Positions 28,417 through 38,954 of a stretch of DNA of 64,000 nucleotides are shown piece after piece. Under the pieces are notes generated by a model. That model was not told where the DNA came from. It saw nothing but the letters and a program-made list of their open reading frames with translations, and made no database searches. The stretch spans positions 3,552,001 to 3,616,000 of the forward strand of contig OZ242383.1 in the NCBI GenBank assembly GCA_965209155.1, written 5' to 3'. Origin of the DNA: a bacterium. Its GTDB lineage: Bacteria; SAR324; NAC60-12. The first letter of the stretch is position 1; the number at the start of each line of letters is the position of its first letter. A program made the position numbers and the translations under genes.

Positions 28417-29898
28417 GGGTGTAATTAAAAGTGAGGGGCAGAGAGAAACAGCTGGACAAGTGCTCAAAGTATATTGAAAGTGGGGGGGATTTCGAATGAT
28501 TGACCTTCAAACAGGAGTTGAAAATGTCTAAATACTTGAGTTACTCGGAACTAAGGGAGGGTGACGAGTCATCTCTTTCATTAGAAGAACGGCTGTCGAA
28601 GTATCCACACCTTCGCCGTCGGATGGAATCCATTCTGGGGATTATCGAAAATGACGATGGGAGTTGCCAAACAGCCGATGAGGCTGAGAGGCGGGCGATT
28701 GAAGAAGTGCGTAAATTGGGTCAGGAAGTGCTTCAAGGCTGGTTGGGCCATCAGTCCGATATAAAAGAAGCAGAGTCTTCTCAAAAAGCGGGTCTGATCC
28801 GAGATGGTAAAAAAAACTGTATTGGTACAGTACCTTTGGTGCCATTGGAATCGAAGAACTTGTTTTCCGGGAAGGACGGAGAGGAAAAAGACAGAGACCC
28901 TTGAGTGCCTCGATTGGCGTTCAGTGCCAGGGTTATTCAAAGCCTCTGCAGCGAGCGATGGTGGATTTTGGTGCCGATGTCTCCTTTGCAGCAGCGAGCC
29001 AGAAACTCAAGGAGCATTATGGCATTGACGTTCCTTCCAGCAGTATCCGAGCACGAACCCTCCATCACAGTCAGAGATGCTTCTCCCTGAAAGAAGAGCA
29101 GCCGTCTAGCAGGGAGCCCAGTGGGGTGGGGGTGGTGATTTTGGAAAGTGATGGCACCATGGTGCCTCTGGTAGAGACGGCAGACTCTACATTTACGGGG
29201 GATCGCAGAAAAACGCGTCAAGTGAGTTGGAAAGAAGGGATTACCTCCTTAGCTTATGCTCGAGGAAGTGTCGACCCCATTTATGCTGGAACCTTGAACG
29301 GTAGAGATGAAGCGGGTTTTCAGATGAAAGAGGTCGCTCTTGAAGCGGGACTGGGAAAGCAGACGAAGATTCATGCTTTAGGGGATGGAGCCCCTTGGAT
29401 CTGTGAAAAAATCGAAACTCATTTTGGCGCTCAGGCGAACTATCTCATTGATTTTTATCATCTCTGTGATTATCTTGGTGCAGCCTGCCAAGCCGCTTTT
29501 GAAGACGGCTCAGCGGCCCTGAAAAAACAGAAGCAAACCATGAAAAAAGGAGGAGCAGCCAACGTGTTAGAGCAGTTTAAATCCAGGCAAGAATCCGAAT
29601 CTATTCCCAATGAACAGGCCCCCATTCGCGCTTTGGTACGTTACATGAAAAATCGTTCCGGACAGTTTGAATACAAAACAGCTATTGATCAACAACTCCC
29701 TATCGGCTCTGGAAAAATTGAAAGCGCCCATCGTTCCCTCATCCAAAAACGGCTCAAACTCCCTGGCGCTTGGTGGAAAAAACAACATGCCGATCAGATG
29801 ATTCAACTCAGGGTGGCAAGAGCCAATGGAAAATGGGATTGTTATTGGCAACAACTACAAAGAGCTTAATGAGATGCCCCTCACTTTTAATTACACCC
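28417..29898 (+). mobile_element. Complete insertion sequence, ISKra4/UPF0236-like DDE transposase
   Basis: 24-bp perfect TIR GGGTGTAATTAAAAGTGAGGGGCA; 9-bp TSD ATGGGATAT (28408-28416, 29899-29907). Confidence 0.9.
28524..29869 (+). CDS. Transposase, two frames joined by a -1 frameshift at A8 (28809-28816)
   Basis: ...RDGKK then -1 frame LYWYSTFG...ESDGT...GDGAPWI...DFYH...IGSGKIES. Confidence 0.8.
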
Positions 29899-30273
29899 AT
29901 GGGATATGAAGACGATCCGAGGTATGAAGGCAAAGCTCAACAAAAACTGAGCGACCATTGCCCTGTGGTGATGACCCTGAAACGCTGAAAAAATACAAGG
30001 GAGAAAATTTGGATAATTCAAATAATCGAAGATAACTTTAGCGATCACTTCGATATGTTTTTTGGAAAAGGCAGTTTTTGAGAGTATTGATTGATGGTAG
30101 TCGATTAACAGGGTTCATCCATCGAGGAAACGAATAAATCCCGGAACCGCTATGATTGCTTGGAAACCCTTCAGTCTCCAATCTTTGTTTAAAATTCCAA
30201 ACTTACAAGCTTGACCCCATTTCTACACTCTCTATTTCTTGCCAGCTTTCCTAGCGCACGGACTGACCCCCTT

Positions 30274-31566
30274 TTATAGCGAATCGAACGTACCAGGAAT
30301 TGCGGGATCACCTTCCCAACGCCTAAAACCGGCCAACCAATGTGCGCCTAATCCTGTTTGGTATCGGTAGTCAATTTGCGGAAACATCTTGACGGCAGTT
30401 TGATGTTGTTGCGGCCAATTGGGTGGGCTTTGTGTCGCGAACCACGCTAGAGCGATTAGATCGATTTGTTCTTCTTTGGTCAATTGCTCCAACGAGTTCT
30501 CTAAACGATTGTACGAATCTAGTTGATGATACTCATACATCAACTCAGGGGGTATAATCCGCAGTCCTGTTCCATAGCATCTGAAGTATTCGTTTGTCAA
30601 TTTGTCAATGTCGTTCTGCCATTCATTGAATGCTTTACTGAGATTTTTCACAGTTTTAAGAGATACTACTGGACGCGGATTTCGAAGTTTCGCAATTTCG
30701 ATCCAGTGTTCGATGATTTTTTTTCGTTCCTTTCGCAGCCTAAATAACTTCTTGTTTTCGTCAGACCGCTTGATCGAAGAACATAATTCCAACGACCACA
30801 AAGGAAATGCCCAACCATCAAGAAGCGTCCCGCCATCATCAGGGAAAGCATTGGGACATGGTTGTGTATTTTTCAGCTTTTTGATGGTTTTATTAACCAA
30901 ACCCATCAAATCAATCCGCGTTGAACACGGATGTGGTTCAAACCGGCGCCAAATGTCGGCTACGATACGCAACCCGCCAATGGATGTCACTCCATATTGC
31001 GAAAGCGCACGAGACACCTTCAGCGATCGCGGACTGATGTACGCACCACAATTTATGTCGGTGTGTTCAGGGAATTGCCAGCTATACTCGCCATTCTCAA
31101 GGGTTACATCTCGCACGTAATCGACGTACATCGACCAGTCGCGAGTAGATATGATGTCATTGCGAAATATCCAATCAACATCGTGCGGACCGTCCAAATA
31201 AAACCCTTCCTTTTTCAAATCGACGTAATTGCAGATATCTTTAAAATTAGCTGGTCGCCAATAACATGTATGAGCGTAAATGCCTTTTGCGATATGATTG
31301 TAGAAGCATTTCAAGGTCCGTTTTCTCTCTTTGGATTTCGAGTGGGGACATCTGACGAAATCAACCAAAACGAGGACTTTTGCTGCCTCTTCCTCAGCCA
31401 GTCCCCTCATGATATTTGATCCGTGGATTTCACTTGCGTCGTAAAGTCGATGAGCTATCCGGTCTAGATCCGAGGCATTCTCTACGATGTGTTCAATCCC
31501 TTCGGAAATGATCGGGAACAGCTGCGCGTCTGTACGTTGTAAAAGATCATTGATTGCAGGTCTCAT
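30274..31566 (-). CDS. AbiV-family abortive infection protein with C-terminal extension
   Basis: IVENASDL, LAEEEAAK, FYNHIAK, GFYLDGP, MYVDY. Confidence 0.7.
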   Translation of the reverse strand: MRPAINDLLQRTDAQLFPIISEGIEHIVENASDLDRIAHRLYDASEIHGSNIMRGLAEEEAAKVLVLVDFVRCPHSKSKERKRTLKCFYNHIAKGIYAHTCYWRPANFKDICNYVDLKKEGFYLDGPHDVDWIFRNDIISTRDWSMYVDYVRDVTLENGEYSWQFPEHTDINCGAYISPRSLKVSRALSQYGVTSIGGLRIVADIWRRFEPHPCSTRIDLMGLVNKTIKKLKNTQPCPNAFPDDGGTLLDGWAFPLWSLELCSSIKRSDENKKLFRLRKERKKIIEHWIEIAKLRNPRPVVSLKTVKNLSKAFNEWQNDIDKLTNEYFRCYGTGLRIIPPELMYEYHQLDSYNRLENSLEQLTKEEQIDLIALAWFATQSPPNWPQQHQTAVKMFPQIDYRYQTGLGAHWLAGFRRWEGDPAIPGTFDSL

Positions 31567-31685
31567 TTTCCTTACCTCTTCTACATTGGAAAATTAAAAA
31601 CTATACAGGATGGGGAAAAAAGTGTGAAGTTACTATGTAACCTGAGTTTATTTCCACAATTGCCGCGATTTCACCCTCGAATAAT

Positions 31686-32033
31686 GGGGGCAGGCCTGAA
31701 AGTTTGGAAAAGTAGCGTTATTTTTTTCTTTAAATCGATTTAACTTTCCTTCTCGCTTGTTTCTGAAGATGGCTCGTAAACCACGCCTTTACTATCCGGG
31801 TGCGCTTTACAATGTGATGCTTCATGGCAATGGAGCGCAATTCATTTTTTTTCAGTACCCCCGACTATCGACAATTATATCAATTGCTCCAAGAAGGTTC
31901 CCAACGCTTTGATCATCGGATTCACGTCTTTTGTTTAATGAGCAATCATGTACATTTGGCCATTGAAGTGAGCGAGACTCCTCTTGCTCCGATCATGCAA
32001 AATATCTCATTTCGCTACACAATTTGGGTTGCC
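31686..32033 (+). pseudogene. Y1 (RAYT/TIRYT-like) tyrosine transposase 5' remnant with its terminal repeat
   Basis: ATG 31769 MARKPRLYYPGALYNV..GN, frameshift in T run, FCLMSNHVHL (HUH); upstream gggggcaggcctgaaagtttggaa. Confidence 0.8.
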
Positions 32034-32491
32034 TAAATCGCAGCAAAGCGCATTTCGCCAGAAACTGCAAAAAGCCTACAATCGGGTGGCCTACAAAGAT
32101 GCCAAACGAGCTCTCAACGGAGTAAGAAAAGAATTGAAGCTGATCAATCTTTCCGCTGTGAACAGTTTGCAAGAAGGGCTGGAGGAAACACTTACGCTCC
32201 ATCGCCTTGGTTTGGCGGAAAAGCTCTCAGTGAGCTTCAGAACGACCAATTGTATTGAATCTCTCAATCGACAGTTAGAAATTTTTACCGGACGAGTGAG
32301 TTATTCGCAGAATAGTAAACAGCGACAACGCTGGGTGGCAACTGCTTTATTGGAGATTGAAGGCAATCTCAGGAGAGTGAAGGGCTATAAACATCTCGCT
32401 CAACTCAAAAAGGCTTAGCGAATGTCAATCAAATGAAGAGAAAAACAGTGTGAGTATCGTTAAAAAATTTCAACTAGAATTGGGATTGACC
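32030..32491 (+). pseudogene. IS256-family transposase 3' remnant
   Basis: SLQEGLEETLTLHRLG, RTTNCIESLN, RWVATALL, RRVKG. Confidence 0.8.
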
Positions 32492-32502
32492 ACAATCCGA
32501 AC

Positions 32503-33093
32503 TTAACTTGTATTTATTATTGTTGTAAAGAAACCGAAAAGAGTCACAATAACCGATACAATCAATAATAGCAATCCGTTTCTGATACACTGATACGCTG
32601 CCTCGTTCCTTATATGTCGTACAGAATTAACTTTTTCTTGTGCAGCTAATGCATAAATTTTGATTTTTTGATCTATTTTTGCTTTTATCTGATAACAAGT
32701 GCCGTAACCGTAGCGTGGTAAAGTCGTCAATGCTCCCAATGATATTAATCCGCCAAATAGCATATATAATACAGATATCGCAGATAGAGTAATTGACCAT
32801 GACTGAAACCCGCCTTGCGTTATTGTTTTTGATATAAAGGTGCTTATACTGCTTAACAAAGTGAGTGCAATTGTTGATGTAAAGGTGAATTTGACGGTCT
32901 TTTCATCAATAATTTGTTCTCGATCATGTTCTTCTTTTATACGGTTATTGATAGTGCAGCTGCTAAGATCAGAATAATTTGAGAGTGAACCGTCATTATT
33001 GATTAATTCTCTATCACTTGCAGCAGCAAGTATATTTCTTCTGTTTTTGTAGTAGTAAATAAAAGGTAGAACTTCTTCCAGTAATCTATGCAT
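32503..33093 (-). CDS. Hypothetical membrane protein (about 3 TM)
   Basis: Three hydrophobic segments; start overlaps ATP-grasp stop. Confidence 0.7.
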   Translation of the reverse strand: MHRLLEEVLPFIYYYKNRRNILAAASDRELINNDGSLSNYSDLSSCTINNRIKEEHDREQIIDEKTVKFTFTSTIALTLLSSISTFISKTITQGGFQSWSITLSAISVLYMLFGGLISLGALTTLPRYGYGTCYQIKAKIDQKIKIYALAAQEKVNSVRHIRNEAAYQCIRNGLLLLIVSVIVTLFGFFTTIINTS

Positions 33094-34066
33094 TAACAAC
33101 CCTTCGCAATACATGCCTAGGTATTTTAGGCGGCTTAGCTAGCCAATCACTTATTATTTTATCAAAACGACGTTCAGCACAATTCAACCATCCCCATTCT
33201 CCAGTTGGATTAACTTCAAGGAAAAAATAATCGTTTTCTCTTTCAATCAAGTCTATTGCGGCAAATTCGAGGCTTAGATTTCGAGTTAAAACTTTACAAG
33301 CTGAAGAAATAGGCTTTGGCAAATTTATGTCCTTGTATTCAAGCTTTTCTTTTGGCATGAGGCGCCAATCACCAGCAATAGGATTTCGATCTGAAAGAAT
33401 TTGTACTGAGGATAAACTTTCACCAATTACAGTGACACGGACGTCAGTTTTATTAGAAATATACTCCTGAGTAATAAATGGAGCACTTTTTACCTCTTCG
33501 TCTGATAGTTTGCCTGGACAGGTGCTATAAGTAAAAAGGCAGTCATTACCTTCTCTCAGTAGTACAGTATCGAGAGACTTTATAATAACTTGTTCTTCTA
33601 TTTTGTTTGACGCTGTATTGCCGACAATTGTTTCAGGAATCTTAAATCCACACCGGTGTGCAGCTAATAGCTGGTATGGTTTTGATTCAGCCAAATAAGT
33701 AGCTTGTGGCCAATTCATCCAAGCGGCATTATCAAACATGCTAAAAGCACGGAAAAACGCAGACCATTGAGATTTTGTTAGCTGTTCTTCAATAGTCAAA
33801 GGGCTGTGAGTTGTATTTCTGAGAAAAACCGGCTGTCGAAACCATACTGACTTGAGGGAATCATCAATAGACCACGCACCGTGGTATTGCCCGGAGTGTT
33901 TTTCAATTTTTAATATTTGAGTCGTAAGAGAAAATGAGAATCTAAAGTCTTGAACCTGTTCTTTATTTATTCGCAAAAAAGGAACCCCCTTTTGTTTGAG
34001 ATTCAAAGCAACCAGATCGGCTGAAAAATCATACAAGCTTGTAAGCATCAAAACAGAAGGCTTCAT
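33086..34066 (-). CDS. RimK/MvdC-D-like ATP-grasp ligase (graspetide synthetase-like)
   Basis: SVWFRQP, AESKPYQL, QEYI, DVRVTVIG, DWR, FLEVNPTGEWGWL. Confidence 0.88.
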   Translation of the reverse strand: MKPSVLMLTSLYDFSADLVALNLKQKGVPFLRINKEQVQDFRFSFSLTTQILKIEKHSGQYHGAWSIDDSLKSVWFRQPVFLRNTTHSPLTIEEQLTKSQWSAFFRAFSMFDNAAWMNWPQATYLAESKPYQLLAAHRCGFKIPETIVGNTASNKIEEQVIIKSLDTVLLREGNDCLFTYSTCPGKLSDEEVKSAPFITQEYISNKTDVRVTVIGESLSSVQILSDRNPIAGDWRLMPKEKLEYKDINLPKPISSACKVLTRNLSLEFAAIDLIERENDYFFLEVNPTGEWGWLNCAERRFDKIISDWLAKPPKIPRHVLRRVVNA

Positions 34067-34266
34067 TCCCCTTTTTGGTCTTCACCAGTTTCCTGGTCAC
34101 ATTTCTTGGTTACTTGTTGCTCGGCGAATTGATCATTATTTACAATTGGTTCCCCATTGTAAATCCAATAACCATTTACTAGATCATAAGCAGATCCATC
34201 GGGTAAATCCACAGTCTCTTTGTATGGTCTGCGTGTAGCATATGTGATTAACGGATGTGTAGGCAT
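34063..34266 (-). CDS. Putative graspetide precursor peptide
   Basis: 67 aa; leader HPLITYA; C-terminal TKKCDQETGEDQKGE; ATGA overlap with ligase. Confidence 0.8.
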   Translation of the reverse strand: MPTHPLITYATRRPYKETVDLPDGSAYDLVNGYWIYNGEPIVNNDQFAEQQVTKKCDQETGEDQKGE

Positions 34267-34419
34267 TGAAATCGACCTCTAAAAAATATAATTGATAAGT
34301 AGGGATGCACAAAATTCGAAGGTGACATATTTTACTGATGAAAATTAAACATAATAAGAATAATCTCAGAGAAAGAATACGCCAATAAGTAAAATTAACA
34401 TGATTGATCTGAAGAAGCC

Positions 34420-34720
34420 AATTCCCTCCCGATCTCTGGCTCGAAATGCTCTGAGACTCCGGGGTGCCCGCTGATACTCGTCATTTATGCCTCAAGCGGC
34501 TATTGCCTTCCCGCATTTCAATACAATCGGCCTATCCCAACACGTCGTTTTCCGTGCTCTATCACTTCAAGGTCGGCATTTCCGTTACCTTTATTCCTCG
34601 CCAGATTTCCTGCCTACGCTTCAACCCCAGTTACCATAGAGATTGCAAGGCTGGATACTGTACCTGTGGTTAACGGTTACACAGGCGGGCTTCCCACTTA
34701 CTGGGTTGATCGGCATCGCA
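34420..34720 (-). other. Group II intron 5' (domain I) remnant without RT ORF
   Basis: + strand cctgcctacgcttcaa...gcaaggctggatactgtacctgtggttaacggttacacaggcgggcttcccac resembles the reverse complement of bacterial group II intron 5' regions. Confidence 0.55.
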
Positions 34721-34845
34721 AATCCATAAATAAAGCATAACTTCCTTTGCGGTAAAGTCAAATTTTATCGCACGAATTATCACCAAACCACCATTATAGG
34801 ACATTACAAATTCAACTACAGACTCGCCGGGTGGGGAATTTCGTC

Positions 34846-37800
34846 CTACTCCTTCTCAAAGCCGCTGTCGTCGAAATTCAGGGTACGGCTGTTCTCAGTC
34901 ACTGTTCGTATGACGTGCTCCGGTGCACCGTTTGGGATGTCGGCTTCGATTTCCAAGGTCAATTTCACTTCCGATCCTACCAGACCCTCCAGGTGAGCGA
35001 TCACCTCTTTTGCCACTTGGCTCGCGTCAAGCCCGACACGCGTGGGGTCCAGTTTCACCGACCCGTGGTAGCGCCTGGCTGCGAGGTGTGGAGTGGACGT
35101 CGTGAGTCCTTCTGTCGAAGGCTCACGTGCTTTCCCCTGTTCTTTCGATTCTTTGAAATGGTTGGTTTCCGGTCCCTCGGCGGTATTTGCGGCGCGTGAT
35201 AGATCCGTATCCCTTTGCTGACGTGCCAATTCCGGACGGACAAGCAAGCCGGGGTCGTGGTCGGAAATTGCAATTTGCTCACCGAATCGCAGAGCACGAT
35301 ATCTCTTGGCTTCTTCATCATAGCTGTCGGCGTAGGCGAATGAATCCTGCTCCCAGGTGAGGAGCGAGAGCCCATCGCGTATGGCATGGAGCAGCACGGC
35401 TGGTTCCTTGAGCCTGGACAAATAGGGATATCGCGCGAAATCTTCCACGAGTTGCCGTATTGTAACGTGGTCTCCCCGCCACAGGGGTATGCGGTCCAGT
35501 TCCATGCGGAGACGAGTCCCGGCGAAGCTGGTTAGCAGCAACTCATCGTTGCGCATTCTTCTACTGGCCCGGTCTGCAAGAGCTCCTTGTCCACTCAACC
35601 TGATGGCTTGCCACTCCATGTCTGATTGGGAAATTTTATGCTCGGGCACCAGCAACCACTGGTAAGTCTCCCCGATACGCGCATTGACAGCGCTCTCGGC
35701 GGAGTTTAATTGGGATTCGGCCTGCCGCACCTGGTGTGGAGGAAGGTCGAGAGGTTCTTTGTCGGCAATTATCGACTGCCAGGCCAGGAATTGCCTTATT
35801 CCTTCCTCCAGTTCATGAAGGCGCGTTTCATCCGCCGCTAAAAAGGCCAAGGTGTTCCTGAACAGGCGCGGCGCGTTCCCTCGTGACTCCAATATGGACC
35901 CGGCAGCTGTGATGGCACGGCTTTCTGACCCTCCTTCACGAGTATGAGGGTAGTTCGGACCGAGTATCACCAGGCTCACTTCCTGGTCATCTTGCACGTC
36001 ATGACCCGATGAAGGAAGGAGGTGAACTTTTTTGAATTCACCCCGGTTTTTCAGTTCTGCCTTCAGTCTGCGAGCAATCTCCTCATCTACCTTGTCGCGA
36101 TTTTGCCGGAACTCCTCGGCTCGACTTTCGGCAAGATTGGCTACTGTCGGCTGAGTCGAATACCAGTAGCGCGCGCCATCCTGGTACAGGAAAGTGGCCT
36201 TGCTTCCGAGTCGCCTCATGGCATCGCCGAACACTGCGGGGGACTCTCCCGGAATGACGCACCCCAGCTTGATCCACCGGTCTTCGATTCCCTGGTTGGC
36301 CGCTGCCGGGATGGGAGCAGAGCCAAGATAGATCGAGCGAGCGACCCGACGGCAGGCACTGTACTTACCCAGGTTGGGAACCTCCCTGTCGATCTTCAAG
36401 GGCAGTGAGTTGACGCCGTCTATGTCACGTTCGATGACGGGGCGCCAGTATTCCGGTATATAACGCATGAGTTCGGATTGCACTTGGGGATCGTCCATGG
36501 GAACGTGGGCCGGCAGTATCAAAGGATTGCGGTCACCCATTTCCCAGAGACTGTGTATCACTGTCGCCATAAACCTCAAGACGCCACGCGTACGTTGGAA
36601 ACTCTGTAACGTCGACCAATCGGTGTAGAGACGCTCAAAGACTTCGGGGTGAATGGGATACGCCGCCTTGATTCGTTTCTCATATTCCCCCTTTGCGCAC
36701 TCCGGAGGAAATTCCTGCTGGCTATCGCGGTAGAGGTCACAAAAGGCCCGGGCTACGTTATCACGGGTTGCGAAGTTTGACGGGTCGACAATGGGTTGAA
36801 ACAGACGACGGCGTACAATTTCGAAACTCTCTTCCGCACTCGCCGGACGCCACGAGGAATCGATCCGTCTTAAAACGTTTCCCAGAAGGCTGAGCGCGGC
36901 CCTTCCTCTCCGTCCACCTACCTCTACGTCATCAGTTTGAGCATGGGGTGATTCGGTGGCGTCCGAGGCCGGAAGGCTGATGACCAGGAGGCAGTCCCTC
37001 GCCAGCTTCGCCGATTCGGAAAGGGCTTGGGCGAAGGTGAACTGGGTCTCGAAATTCCCGGCGGGAAGGTCTCCCTCGTCGTGAAGTTGACGGGCGTAAG
37101 CCACCCATTCGTCGATCAAGATGAGGGAGGGAGCGTATTGGTTCAGCAGCTCACGCAGCACGTCTCCGGGGTTGGTGGCTCGTTCATCGTCTTCACGCAC
37201 CCGTTCGTAGGCGCGGCGAGCTTCCGCTTCGCCACCCGCTGACTGCCCGAGTTGCCAGGCAAGCTCTCCCCACAACGTTCGTACTTGGGTGCCGTCAACC
37301 TTGGTGACAGGGTTGCCCGGTGAGATCCGGTTACCGACCAAAACGACACGGTTCACAAGGGGGAGTGATGCGACTCCGGAATCCTGCATAATCGTATCCA
37401 TACCGGACAGTTCATTGACCGCCGCTCCGGAGAAGAGATGGTAAAGGGCCAGCATCGAGTGGGTCTTGCCGCCGCCGAAAGTCGTCTGAAGCTGCAAAAC
37501 CGGGTCTCCACCCTTCCCTGAAAGCCGTTGCGCCGCGCCGCTCAATAGTTGTTTCAGACTGTCCGTCAAGTAGGTACGGCGGTAAAATTCCGAGGGGTCG
37601 AGGTATTCGGACGATCCTTCTCCGAGGTGTACCTGCCAGAGGTCTGCCGCAAACTCGGCCTGCTGGTACGTGCCACCAGCCACGTCCTGGTGCGGATTGA
37701 CCACCTCGCGCCAGGGAGTCAGACCACTCGTTCCCCGGTTTTCAACAACCGCACTGGCGCTCCTGCGCCGTTTCGCCCTTGCCTGCTCGTCGAAGCGAAC

Positions 37801-38217
37801 GCGCAGGAGTTCCATCTTCAAATCTTCGATTTTCCCGGCCTCCGGAGCCGAGACTGCCAAAAGGAGCCGGTGAGTCGAATCGAGGGCCCGGTAGGCGTCA
37901 TCACTGGAGAATGCTTGTTGGTGCGCCCAACGATTACGGATGACCCGCAACTCGCTCACGAGACTCCGTTCAGTAAAACCAAGGGTGTCTCGATAGACTT
38001 CGTTCCAGGACTCCCACATCACTTTCAGGAGTGCTGCGACGTCCAAGTTGGAAAAGTGCTCATTCACGTCCCGGACCGGTTCTCTGAGGATATTCTGCAA
38101 CGTTTGCGCAGAAAGTTCCCTGTAGTGACTGGTGAATTCATGTGAAACGAACGGCATTAGCCCATCTTTAAGCGTGTCCAACGCGCTGCCTATGCGATCT
38201 TTGTTGCTTGCTGCCAT
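34846..38217 (-). CDS. DUF499 ATPase with N-terminal Swt1-like HEPN domain
   Basis: RNRWAH, PWREV..PH, EFAADL, TTFGGGKTH, ILIDE, AYPIHPE, FQRTRG. Confidence 0.88.
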   Translation of the reverse strand: MAASNKDRIGSALDTLKDGLMPFVSHEFTSHYRELSAQTLQNILREPVRDVNEHFSNLDVAALLKVMWESWNEVYRDTLGFTERSLVSELRVIRNRWAHQQAFSSDDAYRALDSTHRLLLAVSAPEAGKIEDLKMELLRVRFDEQARAKRRRSASAVVENRGTSGLTPWREVVNPHQDVAGGTYQQAEFAADLWQVHLGEGSSEYLDPSEFYRRTYLTDSLKQLLSGAAQRLSGKGGDPVLQLQTTFGGGKTHSMLALYHLFSGAAVNELSGMDTIMQDSGVASLPLVNRVVLVGNRISPGNPVTKVDGTQVRTLWGELAWQLGQSAGGEAEARRAYERVREDDERATNPGDVLRELLNQYAPSLILIDEWVAYARQLHDEGDLPAGNFETQFTFAQALSESAKLARDCLLVISLPASDATESPHAQTDDVEVGGRRGRAALSLLGNVLRRIDSSWRPASAEESFEIVRRRLFQPIVDPSNFATRDNVARAFCDLYRDSQQEFPPECAKGEYEKRIKAAYPIHPEVFERLYTDWSTLQSFQRTRGVLRFMATVIHSLWEMGDRNPLILPAHVPMDDPQVQSELMRYIPEYWRPVIERDIDGVNSLPLKIDREVPNLGKYSACRRVARSIYLGSAPIPAAANQGIEDRWIKLGCVIPGESPAVFGDAMRRLGSKATFLYQDGARYWYSTQPTVANLAESRAEEFRQNRDKVDEEIARRLKAELKNRGEFKKVHLLPSSGHDVQDDQEVSLVILGPNYPHTREGGSESRAITAAGSILESRGNAPRLFRNTLAFLAADETRLHELEEGIRQFLAWQSIIADKEPLDLPPHQVRQAESQLNSAESAVNARIGETYQWLLVPEHKISQSDMEWQAIRLSGQGALADRASRRMRNDELLLTSFAGTRLRMELDRIPLWRGDHVTIRQLVEDFARYPYLSRLKEPAVLLHAIRDGLSLLTWEQDSFAYADSYDEEAKRYRALRFGEQIAISDHDPGLLVRPELARQQRDTDLSRAANTAEGPETNHFKESKEQGKAREPSTEGLTTSTPHLAARRYHGSVKLDPTRVGLDASQVAKEVIAHLEGLVGSEVKLTLEIEADIPNGAPEHVIRTVTENSRTLNFDDSGFEKE

Positions 38218-38233
38218 GTGATCCTTTTTAAAA

Positions 38234-38650
38234 TTACTCGTAAAGCGCCCCGCGACGCTTGAATTCAGTCGCTATGGAGTTGTAAATTGCACGGGCCTCC
38301 GATTCGGCGAGGGCTGCATCCGCATCCGTAGCTTCCGGCCAGTTACCGGGATATCTTGTTTCCACCGCCCACTCGGTCAATTCGGCCAGGTCGGCGTGCG
38401 TAGTCCTTACTGACCAACTTTCCGGTAGACGGTTACGCAGAGCATCCAGGTCATGAGTGAACGAGAATTCGATTCCTTCAAGCACGAGGGCAGCCTTCAA
38501 CGCCTTCTCCGTTGACTGTTGACAGAGCCAGCAAACGTGACGTGGAGCAGTCGGAATGCCTGTCATCAATCTTGAGGCGACACTGAGGTCTTCTTCAGAG
38601 AACCGTAGCCAGCGGAGAGCCTCATGCAATATGAGATCAGGGCTGTTCAT
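38234..38650 (-). CDS. HEPN domain protein (MNT-HEPN partner)
   Basis: CQQSTEKALKA, THDL, RYP. Confidence 0.88.
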   Translation of the reverse strand: MNSPDLILHEALRWLRFSEEDLSVASRLMTGIPTAPRHVCWLCQQSTEKALKAALVLEGIEFSFTHDLDALRNRLPESWSVRTTHADLAELTEWAVETRYPGNWPEATDADAALAESEARAIYNSIATEFKRRGALYE

Positions 38651-38954
38651 AAACGGTCACTCCTTCTCGAAGAGCGGCGTGGAGTATGCTTCCTACCACG
38701 TCACCTCGACTCGCGATCTCATCCGGCGTGGTCACCACGATGTCCTTACTGATTGTGAGGTCGCCCAGAGATCGTCTTATCTCTACCGCTGCACGTCGTT
38801 TGTCTTGAACATCCCCCATCACTACGAGCAGGTCCACGTCGCTCGACACGTTGGCGGTTCCACGGGCATAGGAACCGAACAGCACCACGCGAACCGGTTG
38901 GAATCGCCCGACGATTCGGTCCACCATTGTAGAAATGATCGTCTCAATGGTCAT
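38637..38954 (-). CDS. Minimal nucleotidyltransferase (MNT)
   Basis: LFGSYARG...SDVDLLVV, DIVV. Confidence 0.9.
   Translation of the reverse strand: MTIETIISTMVDRIVGRFQPVRVVLFGSYARGTANVSSDVDLLVVMGDVQDKRRAAVEIRRSLGDLTISKDIVVTTPDEIASRGDVVGSILHAALREGVTVYEQP

Larger units (their letters stand above)
27478..29988 (+). pseudogene. Secreted endonuclease/exonuclease/phosphatase (EEP) gene interrupted by an IS
   Basis: Signal peptide, SWNI, LQEI, HLKS, AGDFN, IDF before the IS; MGYEDD...SDHCPV resumes after it. Confidence 0.9.
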
